This document shows positions 24,561 through 38,198 of a stretch of 64,000 nucleotides of DNA, in pieces; within the stretch, counting starts at the first letter, position 1; each line of letters starts with the position of its first letter. This DNA comes from Lama glama. Lineage: Eukaryota. The position numbers and the translations under genes were made by a program. The notes under the pieces were generated by a model. It saw nothing but the letters and a program-made list of their open reading frames with translations. It did no database searches and was not told the origin of the DNA. Location of the stretch: assembly GCA_028534125.1 (NCBI GenBank), contig CM052817.1, positions 17,176,001 through 17,240,000 on the forward strand. Reading direction: 5' to 3'.

Positions 24561-26959
24561 CCAGTTTGGAGGGGAAGGTTATGTATATTAATAGTAATTT
24601 TGCAAGTCAGTAAAGTTATTGGGAGAGCTATGTATCAGTAATGCTCTTCTGACTTTTACATCACATCTCTCCTTCCCCTCATCATGACCCTCCCTCCATC
24701 ACCGCATAAACCAAAACACAAATGAATCACCAACGTCTTCAGTAGAAATACACAGAAATGAAAAACAAACCAGCAGAATGAAGTGAATATAGATTGGTTA
24801 TTCCACCTCTGAAGCAATGAAAATAACATACCATGGGTAAAGGAAATTTCAGGTTTATAATTGTTTCTAGTTCTGTAATCAAGGGCAAGCATCCTAATAT
24901 AAATGTTTTTTAAAAATAGAAATAATTTCTCTGGACTTTATCACCAGACTTATTTATTTACATCTTTAACAGACTGCAATAGATGAACTCAGGTACTTAG
25001 TTAAAAGGTATGGGGGCGGGGAGAAGGAAAGAGGATCATTCTCAAGTTCAGCCAAATCTTGAAATTAAAAAAAAAAAACACCCTTAATGGGTTAATTGCT
25101 TAATAGTCACCTTGTGTGCACAGGTATCCTTGAAATGATTAACAGGAGGAAAAGATTGGTGGCAGTCGTAACATTCCCCTTATTAGGAGAGCATTTGGGG
25201 TAGACTCTGTAATGCAGTCTTAAAGTAGTTGCTAATCAGATTTCTGATTCTGGAAGAATGTGGAAGCCCAGCCACACCACCTGCACGGTCATTAGCATTA
25301 AGCTACACCACGTCCGTTTCTCGTTTCACACTTTATCGACCCCTCAGTTCCACCTCAGCAGTAATGGAGGGAAACTCTTCAGGTATTCATATATGCCAAA
25401 TCACACTGGGTACTCTCAGGGGGAAAATATTCCTTTGCTAGAAACTGGCAAGTGAATTCTTGTCTGTTGAAATACACACCAGTGTTCAAGTTAACCCACA
25501 GTTGGTCTTAAAACAAGTCCTTGGCTTTCCTTGCATGCTGTGATGAGGACTCTGATGCCGTGGGTTGCCGCCTTGAAGCCATGTGCTTTTCTTGTTATCT
25601 GGCTTTTGGAGACAGCACGGGCTCCGCTCGGGCTGAGACAGTTCATTCTTGTAGATTCTAAGCTTTCTTTGATAGCTTCCATGGACGGGTGCTGCTGTGG
25701 CACTAGGCAGGGGGAGATCAAGAGAGAGCTGTTTCTACTGACCTGTTACATGACGTGGTAAGACACTTTTCATAGAAGTGATTGCTCAGTGGTTTTGGTA
25801 CTTGAGTGCTTCTACCTGCAAGGCTGGGCATCTGGGGAGTGTGCATTACACAATGAGGCCTGAAGATACAGTGCCTCCCCTCTCTCTGCCTTGCACATGT
25901 TGGCTTCATCAGAGGCCAGGTGTCTGGTGGCACGTGTGTCCCCTTTGGTGAAGGGTCTGGACTGGCTTGAGAGAATTCATCTGTGGGAATTGCTGTGATT
26001 GCTTCTTACAGGAACCCATCTCTGTATGTTTTGAACCCACGAAAGCAGACTTCTCTCTAGAACAATATCTGACTCAGAATGATTCCACCTCATGACAGGC
26101 CATGCTTTCGGGATTGAAGAATGACCAACTTGATTTGGGTTCTAAAGACTTAATCAAGCATCTTCTGAAATGGGATTATTCACATTCCTGAGGCACGTGA
26201 AGCAAAACGAGAATCTGCTCCAACATTTTTGCTGGAAACAGATGGAAGTTTTTTAACCTGCCTGTAGAGGAGGATGCCAGGTGCCCAGGTGGACAAAGAA
26301 GTAACCTTTCTGGGAGGGTTGGCAGGCAGAGGGTATGGATGGAGTCAGAGATTGTACTTTGAAGCCAGAGCAGGATGGTTGCTGGCTCTGGAGGAATCGT
26401 TGTGAGAATTTGTGCCAAAGTGTCAGGCCATGAAAAGCCTCAGCCTTGAATAATTTCTGGATGACTGAGTATAGAGCTCGTCAGGACTAAATCAGCTTCA
26501 AACCTCCTGCAGAATTAGTGACCATCATTATTTGGGTATCAACCCCTGGGTGTGTGGGGGCAGAGCCTTAGTTGCTAAATGAGGGGGAATGAAATGACCT
26601 GCTCCACTGGGTCCTACTTGGACAGCCTTCAGATTAACTGCAGAATGTGTTAATCCAGGTACTGCAAAAACTTCCTTCTAGAAAGCAGGACTATTGAGTT
26701 TACTCAAATGCCTCTTCGACCAAGGAATGCAGTTGTTTTGCTTTCTTCTCCCCACCTCAGGGAAGCTGTCTCGTGGCTCTCTGGGGCAGGGAGTCTTCCA
26801 GCTGATTGGGGGCGGGGGGCATCTCTGGGAGCCAAGAGAGTGGGATGTGAATGCAGGAAGAATGCAGGAGGGACGTTAGACATCATTCCCATGTCTAATG
26901 TCCCTCCTTGGTGGGGCCTTTCATGGCTGCCCAGTATAATCTATCCCCCACCCCAAGCA

Positions 26960-27205
26960 CTGTCTACCCCACCATTCTGATACATCATTCTGCTCTGTTT
27001 CCATATATATTATAGCACTTCTTTGTATCTAAAGTTATCTTGTTCATTTAAGTATTTCCTAGCTTAAGATCTCTTCCCCACCTAGACCGTAAACTCCAGT
27101 AGAACAAGGATCCCGTCTGTCTTGTTTGCTGCTCTGTCCTCCCCTACTAGACAGTTCCTGGTCTACAGCAGGTGCTCATAAATATTTCTTGAATGAATTT
27201 CTGAA
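26960..27205 (+). mobile_element. L2 LINE 3' end
   Basis: ctagaccgtaaactccagtagaacaagga...acagttcctggtctacagcaggtgctcataaatatttcttgaatgaat. Confidence 0.75.
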
Positions 27206-27889
27206 TGCACTGGGTGGGAACATTCTCCAGAGCCTCATACTTAAAAAAAAATGTAGACATTTGGGTTAGTAATTTTACTAAGATGAATTATTTGGTTCCA
27301 GGCTTTCTGTAGATAGAAGATACCAGAAAATTAACTTTACTCTGAATGACCCAGAGCATCATTATATAAATGTTGGTTATTACACTGGGAGATCATCCGG
27401 TTCTACTGAGTGTATGATTTTTTTTTCTTTGCATCGACACAAACCACTATGATTGTTGAGTTATGGCTCTGCCTTCTATGACTTTTCTCTCTTTATTTTG
27501 ACCAATCAGCTCTTCTTTCTATCGTTGAAGTACATATGACAGATGTCCTCCTACTATTCATTTATAATTTTGATGAAAGAATAGTTGAACTTGGGAGAGA
27601 TGAATATAAAATACAAGTAAATAGGTCCTATCTAGGAAGTAAGAGAATCTCTAATTTTTGTGAGTGTTAAAATATCCTTGGTGGCATTTACTGAAGTTAA
27701 TTCAGAATTTTTTTTCCACCTCTAGTTCATGGAGGAATTTTGGTTGCAAACAACAGAAACTGATGTTGGTTAGTTCAAGAAAAAGGAGACTTTTTTGGAG
27801 TCCTGTGGGGGAGTTCATAGAAGAGGATTCTATGTCACCAAAGAGCTTACAGTCTATGTGAAGAAATTACATCAAACTAGATGAGGCAA

Positions 27890-27936
27890 TGTATTAGTCA
27901 GGTTCTCCAGAGAAACAGAACCAATAGAATAGTCAG

Positions 27937-27981
<45 letters not shown>

Positions 27982-28392
27982 ATCTAATGATATGAGAGAT
28001 TTGCTATGGGGATTGACTGGTGATCATGGAGGTGGAGAGGACCCAGGATCTGCCATCTGCAGTCTGGAGAAGAGCAGGAAAGCTGCTGGTGGAATTCAGT
28101 CCAAGTTCGAAGACCTGAGAACCAGCAGTGCCAATGTCTGAGGCCTCAGCTCAAATGTGAGAGCAAATTCACCCCTTCTCCACCTCTTTGTTCTATTTAA
28201 GCCCTTAGGGACCTGGATGATGCATTGGTGAAGTAATACTCTTTACTGAGTCTACCCATTCAAATGCCTCCTGGATGTCCTCCAGGATGTCTCCTGGAGG
28301 CATCCCCACAGACACACCTGGAAATAATGTTTCACCGGCTTTGTGGGTATCCCTTAGCCCAGGCAAGATGACACATAAAATTAACAATCACA
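27890..28392 (-). mobile_element. MLT2-like (ERVL) solo LTR
   Basis: tgtattagtcaggttctccagagaaacagaaccaatag ... gacacataaaattaacaatcaca; near-perfect 5-bp TSD ggcaa/ggcag. Confidence 0.8.
27937..27980. repeat. (CTAT)11 tetranucleotide microsatellite
   Basis: Perfect repeat inside the LTR, seen directly. Confidence 0.95.
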
Positions 28393-29109
28393 GGCAGTAA
28401 TAGAATAGTCATCATAATGTCCTTTCTGTGGAGTCTTCAAATTAGTTACATAGACTCCAAATGAGCCAGGAATTCTAACGAAGGAGAGGTCCCTGTACAC
28501 TAGGGAGATCAGATGAAGCTTTAAAAAGCGATGTGATGGGATGTGGAGCCCAAGGGGGTTGTAATTCATCTAAGCAGAGAGGAGGGTGTATGTGGGCAAA
28601 TGATCAAGCCTCAGGGAACAGCACGAGCAAAAGAATGAGAATAGATCCTGCGCAACCTTTAAGGTAAATGAATAAACCAGTCTCTCTGGTGTGGAAGTTT
28701 CCGGAAGGGGAGTAATGAGAGGCAAGCAGGAAAGGAAGATCAGGCTGAATTAGATGGGGCCTCGCATGCCATGCTAAGGACGTGGGGGAATGTCCACAGC
28801 TCAGCAACTGACCGGATAGGATGGAGCAGAAACAGATCATCAACATTTAACCAGTATATGCAGTCTCTTCCATATACCTGTGGAATTCACACCCTGGCCT
28901 TGAAAGCGTGACTTGCCTTCTTTATCTTCCAGATAGAAAGTGACCACAGGCAGATCTGTTGTCATTTCTTCCCCAGAATTCCATAATTTTGGTTTGAAGC
29001 CTATTCCCCAATTCAGAATGTGCCTAAATCCTAAATCCCAGACAAAATGAACTTGGCCTTGAAGAGCAGTAGTTTTTGTCCTTGAATGCAAGCCAGTCAT
29101 TCCAGATAA

Positions 29110-29330
29110 TAATAACAACAGTAGTGGCTGAAATTTGTTGAACACTGATTACATGCCAGGTACTCTTCTAACAGCTTAAGAATATTTATTTAATCCTCTT
29201 TTGCATTATTGTATTTCCTGGTTTATAGATGAGGAAACTGAGGCACAAGAAGCTTACAGCTAGTCATTGGTAGAGTTGGGAACCCAACCCAAAATCCTCT
29301 CATAAATTCCATACTTTTAATTACCAGGGC
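29110..29330 (-). mobile_element. MIR SINE
   Basis: tttatagatgaggaaactgaggcacaagaagcttacagctagt. Confidence 0.75.
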
Positions 29331-30616
29331 TGAGGCCCCAGAATGCTTGAAGTTTGTGGGGTAACTGGACTGCTTCCTGAAAATGGAAAAAAGAGTGCTG
29401 GTAGCCAGTTTCACCTCTCTCCAGGGCCTGGCACTTGGTGTAATTCTGTCAATTGCTTTGCAGATGCTAATCAAATCCTCTTGAGAAAAAGATGTAGGTT
29501 TCTTGTTTTTTTCAGAGGTTCTTCATTGGACGGGTGAATGGATGATAGGCAGATGGATGGATGGATGATGGATGAAGGACAGATAGGAAAAGTGGTCCAT
29601 TTCAGGGTATCGGGTAGCTCACCTAATGTCTCAAAAAAGCACTATACTCTCACTGAATGCAAATGCCCTCCCCGCAATAGTATTTTTTTAAAAGGGAATA
29701 TAGCCCAGGGAAGAAGAGAAAATTAATAACTGACCCTTCCTTTCAACCAATTCTTAGTGGTCTGCACTTTGGATTTGAATATTTATCATTTAATAAGTTG
29801 AATCCTGACTCAAAGATGTACACGTAGCATTCAAAGGAAAAGTTCTGGGGGCTTTCTCACTGTACTAGGTGCTGAAGATACAACAATGAATGGGACAGAT
29901 GTGGTACCTGTCTTCTCATCTATTTCTGCAATTAAATAAGATATTTTGTGAGAATATGCCTGAAAGCTAGTATGTGCTCAATCCGTGTTGGTGAAATGAA
30001 AAATGAGTTAGTGAAAATCATAAAACTAGCAATTTCTATGAAATCTCCTCATTCCATGTTTTCCAGTCTTTTATCATTTGCATACCATCATCGTGATTTT
30101 TGCCTTATATACAAACTACATTACTATTACTTATTGAATATTCATTCTTAAAGTCTAATCACTTGTTTTTGCCTAAAAGAAAATGTATTTGAAATGAAGA
30201 CATCCTGTAACTGCTACAACTGGAAAATCCTTATCCCTTGCTGTTAAATATGCATACTAGAAAAAAATAAAACAGTGATTTTATTCAATTCTAGCCAGAT
30301 ATTTCTGCTTAGGGTCAGTTGTGAGGCTCAGGCCTTTTTTCTATTGTGTAATATAAGAGAGCTTAGCAAGTGTTAGAAAAGTGTTAAAGACATGCTAGTA
30401 TCCAATTGAAACTTTACCTAGTACCAGATACATATGATGGCAAAATACCCTTTAGAATTAAAAACCTCTTTCAATGAATGTGGATTTTATTAAATTCAGC
30501 TGTGACCACGAAGCTTTGAAAAATATCAATAGAAAAATATGTTGACATTTTACGTGTAGCTCTCAGACTTGATGGATACGTGCATTAGGAAGCAGGGACT
30601 TGGTTTCATTTGCAAC

Positions 30617-31007
30617 TGTCTCTTAGTCTTCTAGGGCTGCCAAACAAAGCACCACAGACTGGGGAGCTTACATAATAGACATTTGTTTTTTCACAATTCT
30701 AGAGGCTGAAAGTCTGAGATCAGGGCGGCAGCAGATTTGTTTCTTCTGAGGTCTCTCTCCTTGGCTTTTAGATGATCATTTTCTACCTGTGTCTTTCCAT
30801 GCTCTTCCCTCTGTGTCTGTCTGTGTCTAAATTACCCTCTTCATATAAGGATACCACATATATTGGATTAAGATCAACCCAGATGACCCCATTTTCACTC
30901 AGGTACCTCTTTAAAAACCCTGTCTCCAAATACAATCACATTGTAAGGTGCTGAGGGTTAGGACTTCAACATGTGAATTTTGGGTGGACACAATTCAGCC
31001 CAAAACA
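30617..31007 (-). mobile_element. MLT1A/B-like MaLR solo LTR inserted in an L2 3' end
   Basis: tgtctcttagtcttctagggctgcc..aaagcaccacagactggg...gagggttaggacttcaacatgtgaattttggg..acacaattcagccc; L2 terminal sequence resumes at about 31010-31090. Confidence 0.85.
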
Positions 31008-31799
31008 AACCATATCCTCTCTAGCATCTAGAACTGTGCTTGGCAGACAGTAGATGCTCAGTAAATGTTTGTTGAATGAGTGAATGGGAGAATGAGTGGA
31101 TGACCCTGCAGCCCCCTGGGGGTCTATGTTATCAGAAGATTCCACTGGCTTAATATTGTTTAACCTTTTTAGGAATGTTTTTCATGGTTGCTATGAGTAT
31201 TTAGTAGCTTGATGGCCATAAAGAAAGCTATTCCCAGTAAGTTCACAGCAGTACAAAGGACTTGTTTTACCCATTATAGACTCATTCATTCATTCATTCA
31301 TTCATTCAATAAGTGTTTATCTAGAAGGGATGACTAATGGATCCTGACTTCTCTCTCTGTCTTCATTCTCTTGGTTTCACCTCTAATTATGGCATAAGTC
31401 TTGGTCCACATCCAGTACCCAGGAATCCCTAACAGATTACATTTCTATCTGCAGACCTTGATCTGGCCAAAGTCTTAGAAATTTCATGAGGCCCCATGCC
31501 TGTCCAGCCCTGGCTCACATTACTGTCACCTAGGAAACTTAAAAAAACTTTTATTGCCCAACTTCTGTGCAGACCAATTGAATTGTAACCTCTGGAGGAG
31601 GGACCTGGGTATCAGTCAACCTCCCCACATGATTCCACTGTACAGCAAGCACTGGGAACCAAAAAACTCCATGCCCCTCTGGAGAATCAACAGATCATGT
31701 AACTGCAAACTCCAGGCACCCCCACGTGCTTCAGTCTCCAAAAGATGTCACCTTCCTGCTTTGACCATCCTTACTCTCATTTTCCTACACGAAGATACA

Positions 31800-33020
31800 C
31801 TTGTCCATCCATTCAACCAAGACTCATTGAGCACTAACGCAGGAACTATTGGGAGAAAAATAGAAACATGGCATGGTCTTTACTGTTTAAAAAAAAAAAA
31901 GACTTACAGTCTTGTAGGAAAACCAGAAGTATGAGTATTTGCTGAATATAATGCTATTCATTCGTTCATCAGTTATTTTTGAGTGTCTATTGTGTACCGG
32001 GCTTGGCAGTACAGAGGTGAGCAAGAGAGCCAGTGCCCAACCCCGTGGGATTGACAGTCTGGCAAGAAAGAGAGAGGTTAAACAATAGTAAGGTGTGGTG
32101 TATGTTATACAGAGAAGAACAAGGTAATCTGGATACACACACCATGGGACTTACTTTGGTTTAGAGGAAAGAGAACATTTCCTTGAGAAACTGATATGTA
32201 AGCTGAGATCTTGAAGATGAAGAGGAGTCAAACAGACCAGTGCTCTGCTCTCAGAAGAGCTGAAATCATGTTTATTTTATTCCCAGCGCCTGGCTCATGG
32301 CAAGGACTCAGTAAATCTTTATTGAATTAATAAGTGAATGAATGGTGAAAAATTCAGGGGCAAGTTTAGCATGTCTGATGCAGGAAGTGTCAGAGGGAAA
32401 ATTTCAAGGTTTACAACTGGAGGAGTAGGCAGGGGCTAGATCAGGAAGTCTTGCAAACCATAAAAAGGAGTTTGAACTTTATCTTGGGGTCAAGGAGAAG
32501 CCACTGAAAATTAGGCAGAGTAGCAACTGGCTAGATTTGTGTTTTAAAAGCATCACTTCGGCTGTGACATAGGACTGGATTGGAGGGGAGTGGGAAATTG
32601 GCAGCCAGCAGTTGTGTGATGGGGCAGGAGTGATGACGGTCTGTCTGCTTGAGGGAGTGGAGAGATGAGGATTATCAATGCAGAATATATTGGGTTAGAG
32701 GTGGGTTGAATGGATTAGGGGTGAGGGAGGAAGCGAGGTGATCTCTGGGCAGATGGTTTAGGAAGCTTACAGGACGATGATGTTATGTTGCTGCTGGAGG
32801 TAAAGATGCAATGTTTATCATCAGCCACGCTAAGTTTGGGCTGCCCGTGAGCCACTGAAGTGGAAATGCCCCACCGGCAGCCGTTGGATGAACTGGGAGC
32901 TCAGGAGACAGGCCTGATCTGGGGGCAGAGTTGTGGGACATCTGGGCGTAGAGGGGACAGTTGAAGCTATGAGAGTGGTGAGGTCCCTGGGAGGATTGTG
33001 TAAAGGGAGAGGGAGACAGA
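31800..33020 (-). mobile_element. Cluster of L2 fragments
   Basis: ccattcaaccaagactcattgagcact...; ggagtttgaactttatc...gatttgtgttttaaaagcatcact..ggctg; gggagctcaggagacaggcctg. Confidence 0.6.
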
Positions 33021-33214
33021 CTTGAATTATTTCCCATTTTGCAACTGCCTTGGCCACAGTCAATAAGCTATTGTTCTGGTGGAGGCTTGCACCATGCCTC
33101 CTTCACACGTGGGATGCTACCTAAGTCATAAACTGACTTTTGGGACTTGTTAAACCCTTTGACTAGCACACAGAATAGCTACCACTTACCGAACAACAAT
33201 GTATGTGTGTGGCA

Positions 33215-33420
33215 ACCTGGTACTTGTTAGCTGTGTGTCTTTGGGGAGATTACTTAGCTTCTATGTTTCTCAGTTTCCTAACCTTTAAATAAGGCTAAAA
33301 GCACTTACTTTGTAGGGCTGCTGTGAGGGTTGAATGAGTTACTATATGTAGGCTCCTGGAGCAGTTAATGGGACATCATAAGCACTATCCAAAATTGATT
33401 CTTTATTACTATTGCTATTT
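33215..33420 (+). mobile_element. MIR SINE
   Basis: acttgttagctgtgtgtctttggggagattacttagcttctatgtttctcagtttcct...gggctgctgtgagggttgaatgagtt. Confidence 0.75.
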
Positions 33421-36400
33421 TATCCTTCCAATTTCTCTGCACAATAGGAATCAGTTACATCATTTTTAGGATGAGGAAACAGGCTCAGAGAGATAAAACA
33501 ACTTGTCTGGGATCCACCCTAAACTTTAAGGACTTTCGGTCATAAGAAGTAGAAATCCACTCCAGCTCATCACAGGGGATGTATACCCATTGTCTCATGG
33601 AACCCAAGCACGTGATGTAACTGTGACTGTCAATCAGGACCTCTTACTTGTAAACAAGAGAATGCAACTCTGGTTTTGCAAAAATGAAGGAAAACTTAAA
33701 GGAAGGATGACGGGGGCACACAGAGCTTATGGCTGACTGCAGGTGGGGCGTGGCCCAGGGCCACGTGGAAGGGAAAAAGCAGGAAGCCCAGCAGGAACAG
33801 CCTGGACAGGCCGCACCGTCCAGTCCACTGGGGAGAATGGCGCTGGTCAGTCACTTGCCATTGTTTTTGTTCAGCTCAGGACATGAGCCTGTACATGGCA
33901 GTCCCTGGGATGGGCAGAAGGATCTGGCTCCCCACTAACATAGTGAGGTGAGTGCCTAGGATGACTTATCCCTGCAAGGTGAATCACAATGGAGAGAGGT
34001 CATTCCTCCAAAGGAAACAGGGGCATCATTTGGAAGATGATGGGCACATGATAAATCTGCTCTTGACCAGAAACTGACCAGGGACAGAATCGCCCGTGGG
34101 ACCGTCTCTGAGCCCCATTTTGAGCCCTCTTTTCATTTCTGCTTCATTCATTTCTCTCTCTTTCCCTGAAAACTGACTTTCTCGGCATCCTAGGTTAAAA
34201 ATGGCTGCCTGCAGCCTCAGGATTTCTTGACTGGTCCAGCCACAGCAGGACTGAATCTCTTAGCACAATTTCAACCTTGCAGGCAAGGGACTGATTGATC
34301 CAGCTCAACTCAGTTGTCTACTTCTGCTCCAAATAGTTGAGGTCGGGGTGTGCATGTCAGGGAGCGGAGACAATCTGAATGCTAACAATGGGGATTGGGG
34401 GAGGGGAGCTCTCTGCAGGACACGATTGGGGTCTGTTCCTAGAGTGTGAGTCCCAGTCTGTGGCATTTGTAAGTCCTTGCCTGTATTAAACTGCCTTCAA
34501 CAGTAGTTCAATCCTTCAATGTCTCCAGACCAGCCTTGGGGGAGCTGGCCTAGCCTGGGGTCGCCCCCAGTATTGACAGTCTTCAGAGACCCTAGCAGAT
34601 CTGCAAGACAGTGATGACAAGACACTTGCCCTGTGAGGCCAGGGACAGAAGTAACCATGCTTGAGTGAGGCAGTTCCGGAGATGGAGGAGGAGGAGGAGG
34701 GTGGAGGGAGCAGGAGGAGCGTGCGCAGACTTTGGGACCATGTGTTCTGTGGGAAGACATACAAAAGGAATGAAGGTCCTGTTCCCTGCCTTGGGGAGTG
34801 GTACCCTGGCATGCTGCCAGTTAACTGGGACTCCAGCTCTGGGGTCTGAGACTGAATCCAGGGATGGAAGAGAGAGTCGGAGGACAGACCCAGAACAGAG
34901 GTGTTAGAACCCAAGAGGGGACGGAGGGAAACATCAGCCCAACTCCTCCACTCCACAAACTCAGGATCAGGGATACAGGGCCTCCCCAGAGCTGGGCCCT
35001 GCCCTTAGTTCTCTAGACTTTTCACCTGGGACACTCCTCACCCCTAACACTGTCTTCTGTGTTTACTTTTAGAATAATGCTTTATTCTGAGTTTCTCATC
35101 CAACCAGAAGGAAGGACATGATCTTCCCTCAGCAGGGCTGTGGGTTTGGTGTCACCTTAGATTCCATAGTTAATCCCAAATGTGAGCTATTGGCTGTGAT
35201 GTTCCTTTTTCCCCTCCAATGAACTGAGAGAGTAGTCAGGCCAGTTACAACTCCTCTGCATTCTTTGGGAGCTATCTTGTGTAGCTTGTTCTTGAATCCA
35301 GACCATCTGGAAAAAAACGTCTAGACCCAGTATCACTCCAGGTCTATCTGAGACTAATGGAAATTCAGACATCCAGGGAATCTAGAATGCAGCCCAAAAG
35401 GTGAATTAACCCGGGAAAGCCTGGACCCTCTCTCCAGCAGGGGAAGACCATCCCGGGGGACCTGCTAAGATTTTGCTGAAACTGAACTTGTTTAGAGGCT
35501 AATTCATTCCAGGATTCTCCTGAAGGTAATTCATAAGCCTTTCTTTTCTTTTTTTATTCTTGAACTTTAGTGTTAGCATTTATTTTTGAATAGGTAATAA
35601 TTATATTCAGATGGCTCAAAGTTCAAAAGTGCAAGAGGATACGCAGTGGAATGTTTCCCTTTCCCCAGGCAGCCAGCTCCATCCCGTAAAAGCAGCCAAT
35701 GGTAATTGGTCATTTGCTTCCTCCTGGGGAGAACCTGCCTGATGAACATGAGTTGTTGATGCAAAGAATTTTCTGTAAGAGAAAGTGTTAGCTGGAGTTC
35801 ATTCCTCTGAACCCTAGCTGCACTGAGCACCTTCCAAGAGGCCATGGACAGAAGATCAGCTCTGAGGGCGGGTGTGGAATCCCTAACGGGCCTGTTGCTC
35901 CTTGTGGGATCTCTGCCAAGTCCTGGTCTTGCGCTGACTGGCCCTGTCTACAGAATCCAGAAGGAGCAAAAGACCCTCTTTCACAAACCGGTTGAGAGGG
36001 GGAAATGATCTCACGTGCATTCCTGGCACATTCTCAGGCACGTGTGTTATGCAAATAATTTTTGACATTACCTGTTTACACACTGACTTCCCCACTTGAA
36101 CATGGGCCCCTGAAGGGCAAGGCTGTGTCCGTCACCAGCACCTCTGGATGCCCTGTCAGCATGTGGCAGACACTCAATAAATCACCATCACCGCTCATGC
36201 TTTGAAACACTTGCTGTAGGTTCCAGGCACTATACCCAGCGCAGTGCAGACGACCTCACAATAGCCACTCTGAGGTAGTTGCTGCTCCTGTTCCGGCTGT
36301 GTAGATGAGGATGGAGGCACAGAGGGGTTGCCCCCAGCTGCAGAGCAGTCACGCCAGGATTTGACTTCTGGCAGTCTAGGGGTGACCAGCTCTTCTTGAT

Positions 36401-36459
36401 TTTCCTAGGACCATCCTGGTTTTAAAATAGAAAGATTTACCTGCCAGCAAGGGCAAATC

Positions 36460-36640
36460 AGAGGGTCCCAGGCCAGGGTGAAGTGAGCAAGGCACTTGCC
36501 TCCAGCACAAAATTTAAGGAGTTGCCCGAACACTCAGTAATCAAGAGAAATAATATTTTAATGCAATATTTTTAAAATAATTGAAATCTATGCAAGAAAA
36601 TTCATTGTAAACAATATAACAAAATTTAAATTAAGAAAGG
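36460..36640 (+). mobile_element. MER96B-like hAT element fragment
   Basis: agggtgaagtgagcaaggcacttgcctc..gcacaaaatttaagg...actcagtaatcaagagaaataatattttaatgcaatattttt. Confidence 0.6.
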
Positions 36641-37754
36641 ATCAGTGCCTATGAGTGTCACCACCCCTCTGCTTCTGCGGTGAGAATGCGTTTGGGTGGG
36701 AGAAGTGAGGCCAGAGACAATGAGGGGACAGCATGCACTGCCTCAGGCAGGCAGTGGAGACAGGGAGGCCAGACTCTTCTCACATCTCCTACCCGTTGGA
36801 ACCTGGAGATCTGTCCTTCTGGTCTTCCTTAGCTTTGGGCAAGTGGGTGGTGGGTCTCTGGGAGCAGTGGGAGTAGCTGCTGCAAAGCAGGAGTGGGCTA
36901 GGCTTAGAGGAATTCCAAGAAGTGGTGTTGCCTCCAAGAAGTGTGCGTGCTGAGCAAGGGGCAGGCTGTGGGAGGAAGGCTGGAGCGCTTTCTCTTGGCA
37001 TCAGTGGGAGCAAGGAAGAACTCTGTCGGCATATGCTTCAAGAAGTCCATTTGCTGTAGTGGCTGCAGACCCAGGGCTTCCCTGGCAGCTGAGGTCAGAA
37101 AGGGAAAGCTATTGCATAACAGACAAAAGAGTACTGAATCGGAGCAAGGGTGGATGATCATGGAGGGGAGGGGGGAGGCAGAGAAGGATGTTACTGCAGT
37201 AACTTGATGTGACTCCTGTCTACCACTTCCCATCTTCATCTTGAATTACATTTGCAGCCATCACAAATGGCTGGGGGTGATGTCTGTAACCAGACTGTAG
37301 AGGGCAGGGTCAGTGCGGCCCCCAGACCACTTCTGGATTTCATTAACATTGCATCTGCAGCAAATGGATTTACCCTCTCTTTCTGGGAAGGACGGCTCAT
37401 TTATGACAATTAACCAGTGGTTAGGAGAGTCCAGAGTGATTTTGCTTTTGATTAGATGCTTAGTTTTGTATCTGATTTGGTTCTCTGTAGATTCAGGGTA
37501 GCAGCAGGTCTCTCTCAAGTGTTATTATAGTGGCTTTGCCACTTGGTAAAGACTTCTGGAGCTCATTTTAGGGCTCTCAGGAAGCCAGACTTTTGATTTT
37601 ACCCCTGAACTTACTCCTCTCTCATTCCTCCCATCCCAGTAAATAGCACCACCATCTATCCAGCCATTCAAGCTAATTCCTGAAAGTCACTGTAGATTTC
37701 TTTCTTTCCTTCCATCCCATCCCTCAGCGAGTCACACGGTCTTGGCCTCCACAC

Positions 37755-37864
37755 ATGGTGACCAAGCGCGAGGCTGGCCAGGGATTTTTCCACGTTAGCA
37801 CTAAAGGTCCCAGGTCCCAGGAAACTCCTAGGTCCCAGGCCAGCCAGGACGGTCGGTCACCCTA
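37755..37864. mobile_element. MER81-like hAT-Blackjack MITE
   Basis: ggtgaccaa...ttagcactaaaggtccc..gtcccaggaaac...ggacggtcggtcacccta with ggtgacc/ggtcacc inverted ends. A half copy is also present at about 36378-36440. Confidence 0.7.
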
Positions 37865-38198
37865 ATTAGCTGTGGCCACACTAGTCTGATTTGCACCACT
37901 GCATACCCTCCCTGCTTCGGTCTGGACCCTCAGCCATTCTCCACACAGCAGCAGAGCGAGATTTTAAACTGACTCAGGGGATAGCACCCGCTGCTTGAGA
38001 CCTTCCGATGCACCTGAACCCACAGCCAGCCCTCAGCACATCCTCTCAAGGCCTCGTATGATGGGTGCTGGACTCACTCTCGCCTCTCTGGTACAGCAGT
38101 TCCCCAGTCACCACACTGGAGCCACTGCCTCATCATGACAAGTCCCCTCACCCTATGACTGCCCTTAGTGTCCCCAGACCTCCACATGGGGCCTGCTT

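Noticed and set aside
26804..26820. Adjacent CCAAT (ATTGG) and GC box as a promoter
   Set aside because: An isolated motif pair with no CpG enrichment or downstream exon evidence.
31010..31320. Tail-to-tail L2 ends as a miR-28/miR-151-type hairpin
   Set aside because: The two L2 tails are about 200 bp apart and complementary only over a short low-complexity (TGAA)n stretch.
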